A DNA stretch of 64,000 bases from Tissierellia bacterium (GTDB lineage: Bacteria; Bacillota; Clostridia; Tissierellales; Tepidimicrobiaceae). The notes beneath the pieces were generated by a model that was given only the letters and a program-made list of their open reading frames with translations, made no database searches and was not told where the DNA came from. Position numbers and translations under genes: made by a program. The first letter of the stretch is position 1. Each line of letters opens with the position of its first letter. Of this stretch, positions 48,521 to 57,717 are shown piece after piece. The stretch covers positions 10,784 to 74,783 of the forward strand of contig JAAYFE010000072.1 in the NCBI GenBank assembly GCA_012728365.1. The letters run 5' to 3'.

Positions 48521-50710
48521 GTGATAGTGTTGAAGAAAAAAAAATTAAAGACAAAGCCTAATAGAAAAAAGTCCTTTAATAAGGAGATAATAGGAATTAT
48601 AATAATAACTTTTGGACTTTTGTCAACTATAAGCCTTTTTAGCAACAAAACTGGCATTGTAGGAATAATTCTAAGAAACATATATTTTACTCTTATGGGC
48701 TTTGGAGGATACATATTTCCATTAATCATAATGGCTATAGGAGTATTATTTTTAATAAACAAACTTGACTCTAATAATGACATAAAATCTTTGTATTTAA
48801 TTGGCATTTTTTTATGTTTTCTAGTTTTATTGGATATAAACAATGTAGACGGTGGTAATTTTTCTATAAAATTTTCAAATTCATTAGAATTAAGCCAAGA
48901 AAGACTAGGTGGTGGACTTATAGGTAGTATTTTTGGTTTTTTAATTTATAAATTATTTGGTTCAATTGGCTCTAATATTGTGGTTATGGTTATAGTAGCT
49001 ATATTAGTATTATTATTTACTGAGGTAAAAATTAGTGAAATTTTAAGTAGGATCAGAATAAAAATTAATACCAGATATAATATTTCCAGGTTTAAAAATA
49101 GTAGGCATATAGTGCATGATGCTGCTGAAAAACAAGAATCAAAAGTAACAGACAACATTGTACATAAAGAATTAATAATTCATGATTATACAGCCAAAGA
49201 AAATAAAGGTAGATCTATGGACTTAAATGAAAAAGTGAATTCTAAGGAAATGAAAATAGATACAAATAAAAGACTGTCAGATTATTCTTTTCCGCCTATT
49301 GAAATATTAAAGGACATAGAGAAAAAAGTAGATGCCAATTACAAAAAAGAAATCATAAATAATGCTAAAAAAATAGAAGAAACTATGAAAAATTTTGGAA
49401 TAGATTCTAAAGTTGTGCAGATAAATAGAGGACCCTCAGTTACTTGTTATGAATTACAACCAGCTCCAGGAATAAAGGTAAATAGAATTGTAAATCTAGC
49501 CAATGATTTAGCCTTAAGTCTTGCAGCATCTGATATTAGAATAGTGGCCCCTATTCCAGGTAAATCTGTTGTGGGAATAGAGGTACCCAATAAAATTAGA
49601 GATAATGTTACTTTAAAAGAAATACTACAATCAAATGAGTTTATTTCACTAGAAAGCAATTTACCATTGGCCCTTGGTAAAGATATTTCAGGTAAACCAA
49701 TTATATCAAGTATAGATGCTATGCCTCACCTTTTAATTGCAGGTGCTACAGGATCTGGAAAAAGTGTTTGTATAAATACTATAATAATGAGTATATTATA
49801 TAAATCCCATCCTAACGATGTAAAACTATTATTAATAGATCCAAAAGTTGTAGAACTTAGTATATACAATGGCATACCTCACTTACTTGTTCCAGTAGTA
49901 ACAGATCCTAAAAAAGCTGCTGTTTCCTTAAACTGGGCAGTTAGTGAAATGGAAAGAAGATATAAACTATTTGCTGAAAATAATGTGAGAGATATAAAAT
50001 CTTATAATGAGAAGTTCCAAGATGATGAAAGCAAAATGCTTCCAAAGATAGTAATAATTATTGATGAATTAGCAGACTTGATGATGGTATCTGCTCAAGA
50101 AATAGAAGATTACATATGTAGGTTAGCACAAATGGCAAGGGCCGCAGGCATGTACTTAATTATTGCAACTCAAAGACCATCTGTAGACGTAATTACAGGA
50201 ACTATTAAAGCTAATATTCCTTCCAGAATATCCTTTGCTGTAACTTCGCAAGTTGACTCAAGGACTATTTTGGATACGTCTGGTGCAGAAAAGCTATTAG
50301 GGAAGGGAGATATGCTTTTCTTTCCTTCAAGCTTACCAAAACCAATTCGTGTGCAGGGGGCTTTTATCAGCGACTTAGAAGTAAAAGAAGTAGTAGATTA
50401 TTTAAAAGCACAGGATATTGCTAAATATGATAGTGAAGCCATTGAAAGTATAACCAAAGAAATTGAAACCAACGAGTTTGTTGAAGGTGTAGATGAATTA
50501 TTATTTGATGCAATATCATTAGTAGTAGATGAAGGACAAGCATCAATATCATTATTACAAAGAAAACTGAAGATTGGATATACTAGGGCTGCTAGAATCA
50601 TGGATCAAATGGAAGAAAGAGGAATAGTTGGAGGATATGAAGGAAGTAAGCCTAGGAAAGTATTAATTTCAAAAGAGGAATTAGAATCGTTGACTAAGGA
50701 GAGGATATAA
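48521..50710 (+). CDS. ftsK: DNA translocase FtsK/SpoIIIE
   Basis: N-terminal TM helices, a linker and the motor domain are present (Walker A GATGSGKSV, Walker B IIIDELADLMM). The C-terminal winged-helix gamma domain is SISLLQRKLKIGYTRAARIMDQME. The real start is probably GTG 48527 or TTG 48530, downstream of AGAGGTGA. Confidence 0.93.
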   Translation: MIVLKKKKLKTKPNRKKSFNKEIIGIIIITFGLLSTISLFSNKTGIVGIILRNIYFTLMGFGGYIFPLIIMAIGVLFLINKLDSNNDIKSLYLIGIFLCFLVLLDINNVDGGNFSIKFSNSLELSQERLGGGLIGSIFGFLIYKLFGSIGSNIVVMVIVAILVLLFTEVKISEILSRIRIKINTRYNISRFKNSRHIVHDAAEKQESKVTDNIVHKELIIHDYTAKENKGRSMDLNEKVNSKEMKIDTNKRLSDYSFPPIEILKDIEKKVDANYKKEIINNAKKIEETMKNFGIDSKVVQINRGPSVTCYELQPAPGIKVNRIVNLANDLALSLAASDIRIVAPIPGKSVVGIEVPNKIRDNVTLKEILQSNEFISLESNLPLALGKDISGKPIISSIDAMPHLLIAGATGSGKSVCINTIIMSILYKSHPNDVKLLLIDPKVVELSIYNGIPHLLVPVVTDPKKAAVSLNWAVSEMERRYKLFAENNVRDIKSYNEKFQDDESKMLPKIVIIIDELADLMMVSAQEIEDYICRLAQMARAAGMYLIIATQRPSVDVITGTIKANIPSRISFAVTSQVDSRTILDTSGAEKLLGKGDMLFFPSSLPKPIRVQGAFISDLEVKEVVDYLKAQDIAKYDSEAIESITKEIETNEFVEGVDELLFDAISLVVDEGQASISLLQRKLKIGYTRAARIMDQMEERGIVGGYEGSKPRKVLISKEELESLTKERI

Positions 50711-52033
50711 ATGAAAATGAATATATCAATTATAACACTGGGTTGTTCTAAAAATGAAATAGATTCTGAATTGATGATGGGTATATTAAAAAACAATAAT
50801 TATAAAATTACAAATACATTGGATCAGGCTGATGTAATATTAATTAATACTTGTGGATTTATAAATGCTGCAAAGGAAGAGTCTATTGAAACAATATGGG
50901 AAATGACTAAGTATAAAAAGTACAATTGCAAATATATAATACTTGCTGGATGTTTAGCTGAAAGATATTCAAAAGAACTAATGGAAGAAATAGAGGAAAT
51001 AGATGGAATTATTGGTACTGGCAATATAAAAGATGTAGTTACTATAATTGATAGATTGAAAAGCGGAGAAAGAAAAATAATATTGAACAAAAATATAAAT
51101 GAAGGGTATTTAGAACAAATTCCTAGACAAAGTTTTAGAAAAACTGAGTATGTAAAAATATCAGAAGGATGCAACAATTTCTGTACATATTGTATAATAC
51201 CAAAATTAAGGGGAAAATACAGAAGCAGAAAAATGGAAGATATTATTCGGGAAGTAAACTATCTAGTTGACAATGGAGTAAGAGAAATAATACTAATTGG
51301 GCAGAACATTACTGACTATGGAATTGATTTATATGGAGAGTTAAAGCTTAGCCAACTTCTAGATGAATTAAATAAAATTGAAAAATTAAAGTGGATAAGA
51401 TTATTTTATTTGTATCCTGATAATATAGACAAAAAGCTAGTTGCTTCTATAAAAAATAACCATAAAGTAGTTAAGTATGTTGATATACCACTTCAGCATA
51501 TTAACAATGAAATATTGAAGAAGATGAATAGAAGAACAAGTAAGGAGAAAATTAAAAAATTAATCAAATATTTAAGACAAGAAATGCCTGATATAATTAT
51601 AAGGACCACTTTTATAGTTGGATTTCCAGGTGAAGATGATAATAAATTTAACGAATTACATGAATTTATTAAAGAAATTAAGTTTGATAAACTTGGAGTA
51701 TTCTGTTACTCTAGGGAAGAAGGAACCCCTGCTTATCACTATGATAATCAAATAGCTGAAGATATTAAAGAATATAGAAGAAATAAAATTATGGAAACAC
51801 AAGCTTACATTTCGTATAAATTAAACAAAGAAAAAATAGGTAATGTATATGAGGTTTTAATAGAAAATCTTGAAGAAGAAGGCCTTTATATTGGAAGAAC
51901 CTATATGGATGGGCCAGAAATTGATGGGATTTATTTCGTAAAGTCAGATAAAAATATAAAAATAGGTGAATTTGTTAGGGCTAAGACTATTGATTGTTTA
52001 GAATATGATTTGATTGGAGAGATTATCTCATGA
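50711..52033 (+). CDS. rimO: Ribosomal protein S12 methylthiotransferase RimO (radical SAM MTTase)
   Basis: The RimO-type N-terminus is TLGCSKNEIDSE...INTCGFI. The radical-SAM cluster motif is CNNFCTYC, and a C-terminal TRAM domain is present. Confidence 0.85.
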   Translation: MKMNISIITLGCSKNEIDSELMMGILKNNNYKITNTLDQADVILINTCGFINAAKEESIETIWEMTKYKKYNCKYIILAGCLAERYSKELMEEIEEIDGIIGTGNIKDVVTIIDRLKSGERKIILNKNINEGYLEQIPRQSFRKTEYVKISEGCNNFCTYCIIPKLRGKYRSRKMEDIIREVNYLVDNGVREIILIGQNITDYGIDLYGELKLSQLLDELNKIEKLKWIRLFYLYPDNIDKKLVASIKNNHKVVKYVDIPLQHINNEILKKMNRRTSKEKIKKLIKYLRQEMPDIIIRTTFIVGFPGEDDNKFNELHEFIKEIKFDKLGVFCYSREEGTPAYHYDNQIAEDIKEYRRNKIMETQAYISYKLNKEKIGNVYEVLIENLEEEGLYIGRTYMDGPEIDGIYFVKSDKNIKIGEFVRAKTIDCLEYDLIGEIIS

Positions 52034-52575
52034 ATTTAGCTAATAAAATTACCATGTTACGAGTTATAATGATTCCAATATTTTTGATTGTATTGTTTTC
52101 TGACATTAAAAATAGTAATTATATTGCAGCTTTTATTTTTATAATTGCCTCTCTTACTGATAGTTTAGATGGTTATATTGCTAGGAGCAAAAATCTAGTT
52201 ACAAATTTCGGTAAATTTATTGATCCCCTAGCAGATAAATTATTAGTTTCTGCAGCATTAATATCTTTAATCCAAATGGGTAAAATATCATCATGGGTAG
52301 TTATAATAATTATTGCAAGGGAGTTTACAATTACGGGTCTTAGAACTATAGCTGCTTCTGAAGGAATGACTATTGCTGCTAGTCCTTTGGGGAAAATTAA
52401 AACTATTACACAATTAATAGCAATTATTTCACTATTGCTAGATAATTTTCCTTTTAGATTAATAGATTTTCCCTTTGATAAAGTGATGGTATATGTTTCT
52501 CTTTTATTTACTATTTTATCTGGAATAGATTATTTATTCAAAAATAAACATGTACTGAAAACTGATAACAAATAA
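52030..52575 (+). CDS. pgsA: CDP-diacylglycerol-glycerol-3-phosphate 3-phosphatidyltransferase
   Basis: The CDP-alcohol phosphotransferase motif is DSLDGYIAR...G...DPLADK. Confidence 0.92.
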   Translation: MNLANKITMLRVIMIPIFLIVLFSDIKNSNYIAAFIFIIASLTDSLDGYIARSKNLVTNFGKFIDPLADKLLVSAALISLIQMGKISSWVVIIIIAREFTITGLRTIAASEGMTIAASPLGKIKTITQLIAIISLLLDNFPFRLIDFPFDKVMVYVSLLFTILSGIDYLFKNKHVLKTDNK

Positions 52576-52589
52576 GGGAGTAAGTGGAT

Positions 52590-53819
52590 ATGAGGGCAGA
52601 AATAATAACTGTTGGAAGTGAAATTATACTTGGAAGCATTCTAAATACTAATGCTCAGTATTTAACTAGACGTTTAGGTGAAATAGGTATAGAAGTATTA
52701 TATCATACGTCTTTAAGAGATAATAAAGAGCAGCTTAAACATGTAATTGAAAATGGACTAAAAAGAGTAGATTTATTAATATTTACTGGTGGCTTAGGGC
52801 CAACTGCTGATGATTTTACAAAGGAAGTGGTTAGTGAAACCTTAGGCTTGAGGTTATATTTAGATAACAATATTAAGAATAGTATAAAGAGTTATTTTGA
52901 TAAAACTAATAAGACTATGACATCTAACAATATCAAACAAGCCTATATTCCTGAAGGCAGCAAACCGATTAAGAACGATATTGGAACTGCTCCAGGAATA
53001 TTTATTGAATGGCAAGATAAGATACTAGTTTTATTACCTGGACCTCCAAGGGAAATGAAACTTATGTTTAATAAATATGTAATACCTCTAATAAAGCAAG
53101 ATTATATAATTAGAGAAGCAACCATTAAAACTATAGGTATTGGAGAATCATACTTAGAAACTATTTTAAAGGATATAATTAATTCCAGGGGTAATCCAAG
53201 TATTGCTACCTATGCTAGTGAAGGTGTTGTTGATATTAAAGTAGTGGCAAAAGGTAATAATGAAGAAGAAGTTGATCTTTTGCTTAAGGAAACTATAGAG
53301 AAAATAAGAAACAAAATTCCAGAAAATATATACAGTTATAATAATGAAACTATAGAAGAAGTTGTGTTTAAGTTATTAAAAGAAAAAAATTTTAAAATAG
53401 CATTTGCTGAATCCTGTACAGGTGGCCTTATTGCTTCTAAATTTACAAAGATTCCAGGTGTTTCAGAGGTATTTGATAGAGGAATAGTAACTTATAGTAA
53501 TGTATCGAAAATAGAAGAGTTGAATGTAAGGAAATCCACTATAAAAAAACATGGGGCTGTAAGTAAAAAGGTTGCTATGGAGATGGCTAAAGGACTTTTA
53601 GAAAAATCTAACGTTGATATAGCATTATCAATTACTGGATTAGCTGGACCTAGTACTGGTAGCGAAAATAAACCTGTAGGTTTAATTTTTATTGGTATTG
53701 CTACAAAAGAAAAACTAATAACTATAGAATCTAGATTAAGTGGAGATAGGGAATCTATTCAAAACAAAGCTTCATTAAAAGCCTTTAATGAACTTAGAAA
53801 ATTTTTGATAAATATGTAA
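52590..53819 (+). CDS. cinA: Competence/damage-inducible protein CinA (MoCF-binding plus PncC NMN-deamidase domains)
   Basis: MRAEIITVGSEIILG, FTGGLGPTADD and the C-terminal ESCTGGL are present. ATG 52590 lies 9 nt after AAGGGAG, while the ORF-track GTG at 52584 is too close to the RBS. Confidence 0.9.
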   Translation: MRAEIITVGSEIILGSILNTNAQYLTRRLGEIGIEVLYHTSLRDNKEQLKHVIENGLKRVDLLIFTGGLGPTADDFTKEVVSETLGLRLYLDNNIKNSIKSYFDKTNKTMTSNNIKQAYIPEGSKPIKNDIGTAPGIFIEWQDKILVLLPGPPREMKLMFNKYVIPLIKQDYIIREATIKTIGIGESYLETILKDIINSRGNPSIATYASEGVVDIKVVAKGNNEEEVDLLLKETIEKIRNKIPENIYSYNNETIEEVVFKLLKEKNFKIAFAESCTGGLIASKFTKIPGVSEVFDRGIVTYSNVSKIEELNVRKSTIKKHGAVSKKVAMEMAKGLLEKSNVDIALSITGLAGPSTGSENKPVGLIFIGIATKEKLITIESRLSGDRESIQNKASLKAFNELRKFLINM

Positions 53820-53827
53820 GATTATCT

Positions 53828-53856
53828 TTGACTTAAAGCTATAAATATTATACAAT
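53828..53856 (+). promoter_or_regulatory. Sigma-A-type promoter of recA
   Basis: TTGACT (53828-53833) is followed by a 17-nt spacer and TACAAT (53851-53856). Confidence 0.6.
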
Positions 53857-53860
53857 TATA

Positions 53861-53878
53861 CTAGAACATTAGTTCTAG
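53861..53878 (+). promoter_or_regulatory. LexA (DinR) SOS box
   Basis: CTAGAACATTAGTTCTAG contains GAAC-N4-GTTC (53864-53875), the Gram-positive Cheo-box core. It lies 5 nt downstream of the -10 and upstream of recA. Confidence 0.7.
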
Positions 53879-53916
53879 AAATAAGAAAGGCGGTGAACCA
53901 GTTTTACTGGGACAAT

Positions 53917-54963
53917 ATGACACGTTTAGAAGATAAACAAAAAGCTTTAAGTGTAGCTATGGCACAAATTGAAAAACAGTTTGGAAAAGGCTCCATAATG
54001 AGGCTAGGAGATAAAGAGGCAGTTAAAATGGAAGTTATACCAACGGGAGCCCTAAGCTTAGATATTGCATTAGGAATCGGTGGCTTTCCTAAGGGGAGAA
54101 TAATTGAAATATTTGGTCCAGAATCATCTGGTAAAACAACAGTAGCATTACATGCTATTGCAGAAGCACAAAAAAAGGATGGAGTAGCAGCCTTTATAGA
54201 TGCTGAACATGCTCTTGATCCTAATTATGCTAAAAAGCTAGGTGTTGATGTAGATAATCTAATAGTATCACAACCTGATACTGGGGAGCAGGCTTTGGAG
54301 ATTACAGAAGCATTAGTAAGAAGCGGGGCAGTCGACATAGTAGTAGTGGACTCAGTTGCTGCCTTAGTACCCAAGGCAGAAATAGAAGGAGAAATGGGAG
54401 ACAGCCATGTTGGCCTACAAGCTCGTCTAATGTCTCAGGCTTTAAGAAAGTTAGCAGGAGTAATTAATAAATCTAAAACTATAGTCATATTTATTAACCA
54501 ATTGAGAGAAAAAGTAGGTGTAATGTTTGGTAATCCTGAAACTACTACTGGTGGTAGGGCCCTAAAATTTTATTCTACTATTCGATTGGATGTTAGAAGG
54601 GTTGACTCAATTAAACAAGGGGAAGATGTAATTGGAAATAGAACCAGAGTAAGGGTTGTTAAAAACAAGGTTGCTCCTCCTTTTAAGCAAGCAGAATTTG
54701 ATATAATGTACGGTCAAGGAATTTCTAATGAAGGTAATATATTAGATATTGGTGTTGAGTCAGATATAATAAATAAATCTGGTTCATGGTATAGTTATAA
54801 GGATTATAAACTTGGACAAGGCAGAGAAAATGCTAAAGATTTCTTACGACAAAATCCTGAAATTTTACTAGAGATAGAAAATTTAATTAGAGAAAAACAT
54901 GGCTTAGAAAAAATAGCTAGTGAAAAAGAAAGTAAAAAAGAAAAAAGCGCTGAAGCTGAATAA
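53917..54963 (+). CDS. recA: Recombinase RecA
   Basis: [25 protein letters not shown], the Walker [10 protein letters not shown] and [24 protein letters not shown] are present. ATG 53917 gives a typical N-terminus. The alternative GTG 53893 lies only 2 nt from its putative RBS. Confidence 0.97.
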   Translation: MTRLEDKQKALSVAMAQIEKQFGKGSIMRLGDKEAVKMEVIPTGALSLDIALGIGGFPKGRIIEIFGPESSGKTTVALHAIAEAQKKDGVAAFIDAEHALDPNYAKKLGVDVDNLIVSQPDTGEQALEITEALVRSGAVDIVVVDSVAALVPKAEIEGEMGDSHVGLQARLMSQALRKLAGVINKSKTIVIFINQLREKVGVMFGNPETTTGGRALKFYSTIRLDVRRVDSIKQGEDVIGNRTRVRVVKNKVAPPFKQAEFDIMYGQGISNEGNILDIGVESDIINKSGSWYSYKDYKLGQGRENAKDFLRQNPEILLEIENLIREKHGLEKIASEKESKKEKSAEAE

Positions 54964-54973
54964 GACTAATTTT

Positions 54974-55000
54974 ATAAACCTCCATATGGAGGTTTATTTT
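54974..55000 (+). terminator. Intrinsic terminator after recA (abuts the RBS of the next gene)
   Basis: A perfect 24-nt palindrome, ATAAACCTCCAT/ATGGAGGTTTAT (54974-54997), is followed by TTT. AAAGGAG begins at 55001. Confidence 0.75.
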
Positions 55001-55015
55001 AAAGGAGTGTTATTG

Positions 55016-56002
55016 TTGAGGATATTGTTTTTAACAGATACACATATTAGAGGTACTACACCTAAGAATCGAAAAGACAACCTACAGGAAACTTTAGAAA
55101 AAAAATTAATTGAAGTCGGTAAAATGATTAAAGATTATAATATTGACTATGTCCTTCATGGAGGAGATCTATTTGATAGACCTGATATTTCTATCTCAGT
55201 TGTAAGTAATTTTGCAACAATATTAAACAATTATAAGGTACCTATTTATATAGTTAGTGGTAATCATGATGTATATGGACATAATCCAGATACAGTTAGC
55301 AGAACTATCCTAGGCTTATTAGATGCATTAAATATTGTTAAACTAATTAAAGAAAATGAAATAATCTATTTAAACAAAAATGGCATTAAAGTTCAATTAA
55401 CTGGTCAACCTTATACTTATAATATTGATCATGAGGAAAATAAAAGTGGATATATCGTAGATAATATAGGCAAAGATATAGACTATTCAATACATATAGT
55501 CCATGGAATGTTGTTAGATAAGCCATTTATCAAGGGAGTACCCTATACATTAATTGATGAAATTCTTGCTACTAAAGCAGATATTACATTGGCAGGCCAT
55601 TATCATACAGGATTTGGTATTATAAATATCAACAATAAATATTTTGTTAATCCTGGTAGCTTAGTTAGAATTACAAATAGTTTAAAAGAAATTGAAAGGT
55701 ATCCTAAGGTTGCCATTATTGAGTTAGGAGTCAATATCAATATTAAACTAATAAATTTAAAAACTGCTGTAGAAGGAGAAAAAATTTTAGATAGAGAAGA
55801 AATAGAAAACCACATTTTTAAAAGCGAAAGGTTATATAATTTTAAACAATCAATTGATGAGGCAATTAATTTTGATAAATTAGAAATAAATGAAATACTT
55901 ATGGAGGTTTCCAATGCAGAAGGAGTTTCGGAGGAAGTAAAAGTTGAGGCACTTAAGAGAATTTCTAATGCTCAAATGAAAGGTATAGGAGATGAGTTGT
56001 AA
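55016..56002 (+). CDS. Mre11/SbcD-like calcineurin-fold metallophosphoesterase (putative DNA exo/endonuclease)
   Basis: All five phosphoesterase motifs occur in order: LTDTH, GGDLFD, GNHD, VHG and GHYH. The start is TTG at 55013 or 55016, 5-8 nt after AGGAG. The ORF-track start at 54920 lies inside recA. Confidence 0.8.
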   Translation: MRILFLTDTHIRGTTPKNRKDNLQETLEKKLIEVGKMIKDYNIDYVLHGGDLFDRPDISISVVSNFATILNNYKVPIYIVSGNHDVYGHNPDTVSRTILGLLDALNIVKLIKENEIIYLNKNGIKVQLTGQPYTYNIDHEENKSGYIVDNIGKDIDYSIHIVHGMLLDKPFIKGVPYTLIDEILATKADITLAGHYHTGFGIININNKYFVNPGSLVRITNSLKEIERYPKVAIIELGVNINIKLINLKTAVEGEKILDREEIENHIFKSERLYNFKQSIDEAINFDKLEINEILMEVSNAEGVSEEVKVEALKRISNAQMKGIGDEL

Positions 56003-57448
56003 ATGATATATATCAAGAAAGTTATATTAGAAAATTTTCAATCCCATAAATATACTGAAATAGAATTTGATAAATATTTAAATGTCATAGTTGGGCCTTC
56101 GGATCATGGGAAAACTGCAATAATAAGAGGAATTAAATGGGCACTTTTTAATGAACCTTCAGGTGATTATTTTATAAGAGAGGGAGAAACAGAGTGTAGT
56201 GTAACTATTTTTTTTAGTAACAATACTAAAATAAAAAGATATAGAAGTAAAAGTAAAAATTACTACTATATTTGTGATAATGAAGGGAATGAAACTGTAT
56301 TAGAAGGTTTTGGGACAAAGTTACCGGAAGAAGTTATTGAGAAAACATCTATTAAGAAGATATTATTGGATAGTAATGTTTCAAATGCTATAAATATAGG
56401 AGAACAGTTAGAAGGTCCTTTTTTATTATCTGAAACTACTTCTACTAGAGCAAATGCTATAGGAAGATTGGTGGGTGTTCATATTATAGACGATGCTTTA
56501 AGAGATACCTTAAGGGATATAAATAAGCTTAGAGGGAAAAAAAGAATTTATGAAGAAACCTTAGAAAAATTAAATGAAGAACTTAAAGAATATGATTATT
56601 TAGATAAATTACAATTAGTATCAAAAAAACTAACTGTAATCAAAGAAAAAATTAGAGAGAAGCAAAATAAGTTAGACAATCTTTCCAGAAGGCAAGAAGA
56701 GTTAAACAAAATTAATAAAGACATACTTTTATACAAAAAATTTCTGTCTAAGTTAGAAGAATTAGATAGAATTTCAGAAATTGAAAAGGAATTAGGTGTA
56801 AAAATTAAAAGTTTTTCATATATAGCTAATAGATATGAAAGAATAAATGAGATAAAAAAATCTATAGAAAAGGATAAGCTGATATTAAGGTCTTTAATGA
56901 ATATTGAAAAAATTGAAAAATCTTATAAAATAATATCTAACAAAGAAAAGAGATTATTAAAATTAATAGAGTTATATTCTACTAACAATTATATTAAAGA
57001 AAAGGTACTGGAAAACAAGTATATCTTGTATAAGTTAAAAGATATAAGTGTTATTGAAAAAAATATAGTTATAATTGAAGAAAACTGTAAAAAGTTAAAT
57101 AGTGTCGTTGCATTAAAAAACAAAATAGACAAAGTTAATAAAAGTTTATCTATAGGAAAGGTATATATTGAAAAACTATCTATCATAGAGCCACTATTTA
57201 ATCTAAAGAATTCTATAGAAGAAAAATATAAACTTTTGGAAAACTTACTAACTATTAAAACTAAATACGAACACATAAATAATGCCTATACAGATACTCA
57301 TAAGAAATTAACAAAAATTCAAAACAACATAAAAAACTTGTTGAGACAGTATGAGGACATATTAAATAATCTAGAGGTATGTCCAGTATGTTACAGTTCA
57401 ATAGATAAAAATAGTATTAAAAATATAATTAATAGTTTAAATAGCTAG
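56003..57448 (+). CDS. Rad50/SbcC-like ATPase, N-terminal piece (Walker A head lobe, long coiled coil and C-terminal CPVC zinc-hook motif)
   Basis: IKKVILENFQSHKYTEIEF...VIVGPSDHGKTAIIRGIKWAL is an SMC/Rad50 N-terminus with a P-loop. About 290 aa of heptad-rich sequence follows, and CPVC lies at nt 57380-57391, 18 aa from the end. The ATG directly follows the upstream TAA. Confidence 0.75.
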   Translation: MIYIKKVILENFQSHKYTEIEFDKYLNVIVGPSDHGKTAIIRGIKWALFNEPSGDYFIREGETECSVTIFFSNNTKIKRYRSKSKNYYYICDNEGNETVLEGFGTKLPEEVIEKTSIKKILLDSNVSNAINIGEQLEGPFLLSETTSTRANAIGRLVGVHIIDDALRDTLRDINKLRGKKRIYEETLEKLNEELKEYDYLDKLQLVSKKLTVIKEKIREKQNKLDNLSRRQEELNKINKDILLYKKFLSKLEELDRISEIEKELGVKIKSFSYIANRYERINEIKKSIEKDKLILRSLMNIEKIEKSYKIISNKEKRLLKLIELYSTNNYIKEKVLENKYILYKLKDISVIEKNIVIIEENCKKLNSVVALKNKIDKVNKSLSIGKVYIEKLSIIEPLFNLKNSIEEKYKLLENLLTIKTKYEHINNAYTDTHKKLTKIQNNIKNLLRQYEDILNNLEVCPVCYSSIDKNSIKNIINSLNS

Positions 57449-57461
57449 GGGGGTTGTCAGG

Positions 57462-57713
57462 TTGAAGAACTATGAAAAGGAATTAAACTTATTAAAAGAA
57501 AATCTAGATAAAGCTAAAAGTTTAAAATATAAGGCAGAAGCAAGATTAGAGCAGTTAAACAATCAACAACAGGAGATAATTAGGGAGTTAAAGGAATTAG
57601 GAGTTAATCCCGAGGATCTAGATAAAGAAATAAAGAAATTAACTGAGGAGATAGACTCGCTGTTTAAAGAAGCAAATGAATTAATGCCAAAAGATATATT
57701 AGAAAAGATGTGA
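57462..57713 (+). CDS. 83-aa coiled-coil protein (middle piece of the split Rad50/SbcC-like ATPase?)
   Basis: The start is TTG, 9 nt after a GGGGGG RBS. The whole sequence is heptad-like (LKENLDKAKSLKYKAEARLEQLNNQQQEIIRELKELG...). It lies in a different frame from both neighbours. Confidence 0.6.
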   Translation: MKNYEKELNLLKENLDKAKSLKYKAEARLEQLNNQQQEIIRELKELGVNPEDLDKEIKKLTEEIDSLFKEANELMPKDILEKM

Positions 57714-57717
57714 TAAT

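Noticed and set aside
54920-55012. An N-terminal extension of the nuclease ORF ([15 protein letters not shown]...) overlapping the 3' end of recA.
   Set aside because: It is a Lys-rich read-through of the recA 3' end and terminator in another frame. The AAAGGAG RBS at 55001 and the TTG codons at 55013 and 55016, just before the LTDTH motif, give a normal metallophosphoesterase N-terminus.
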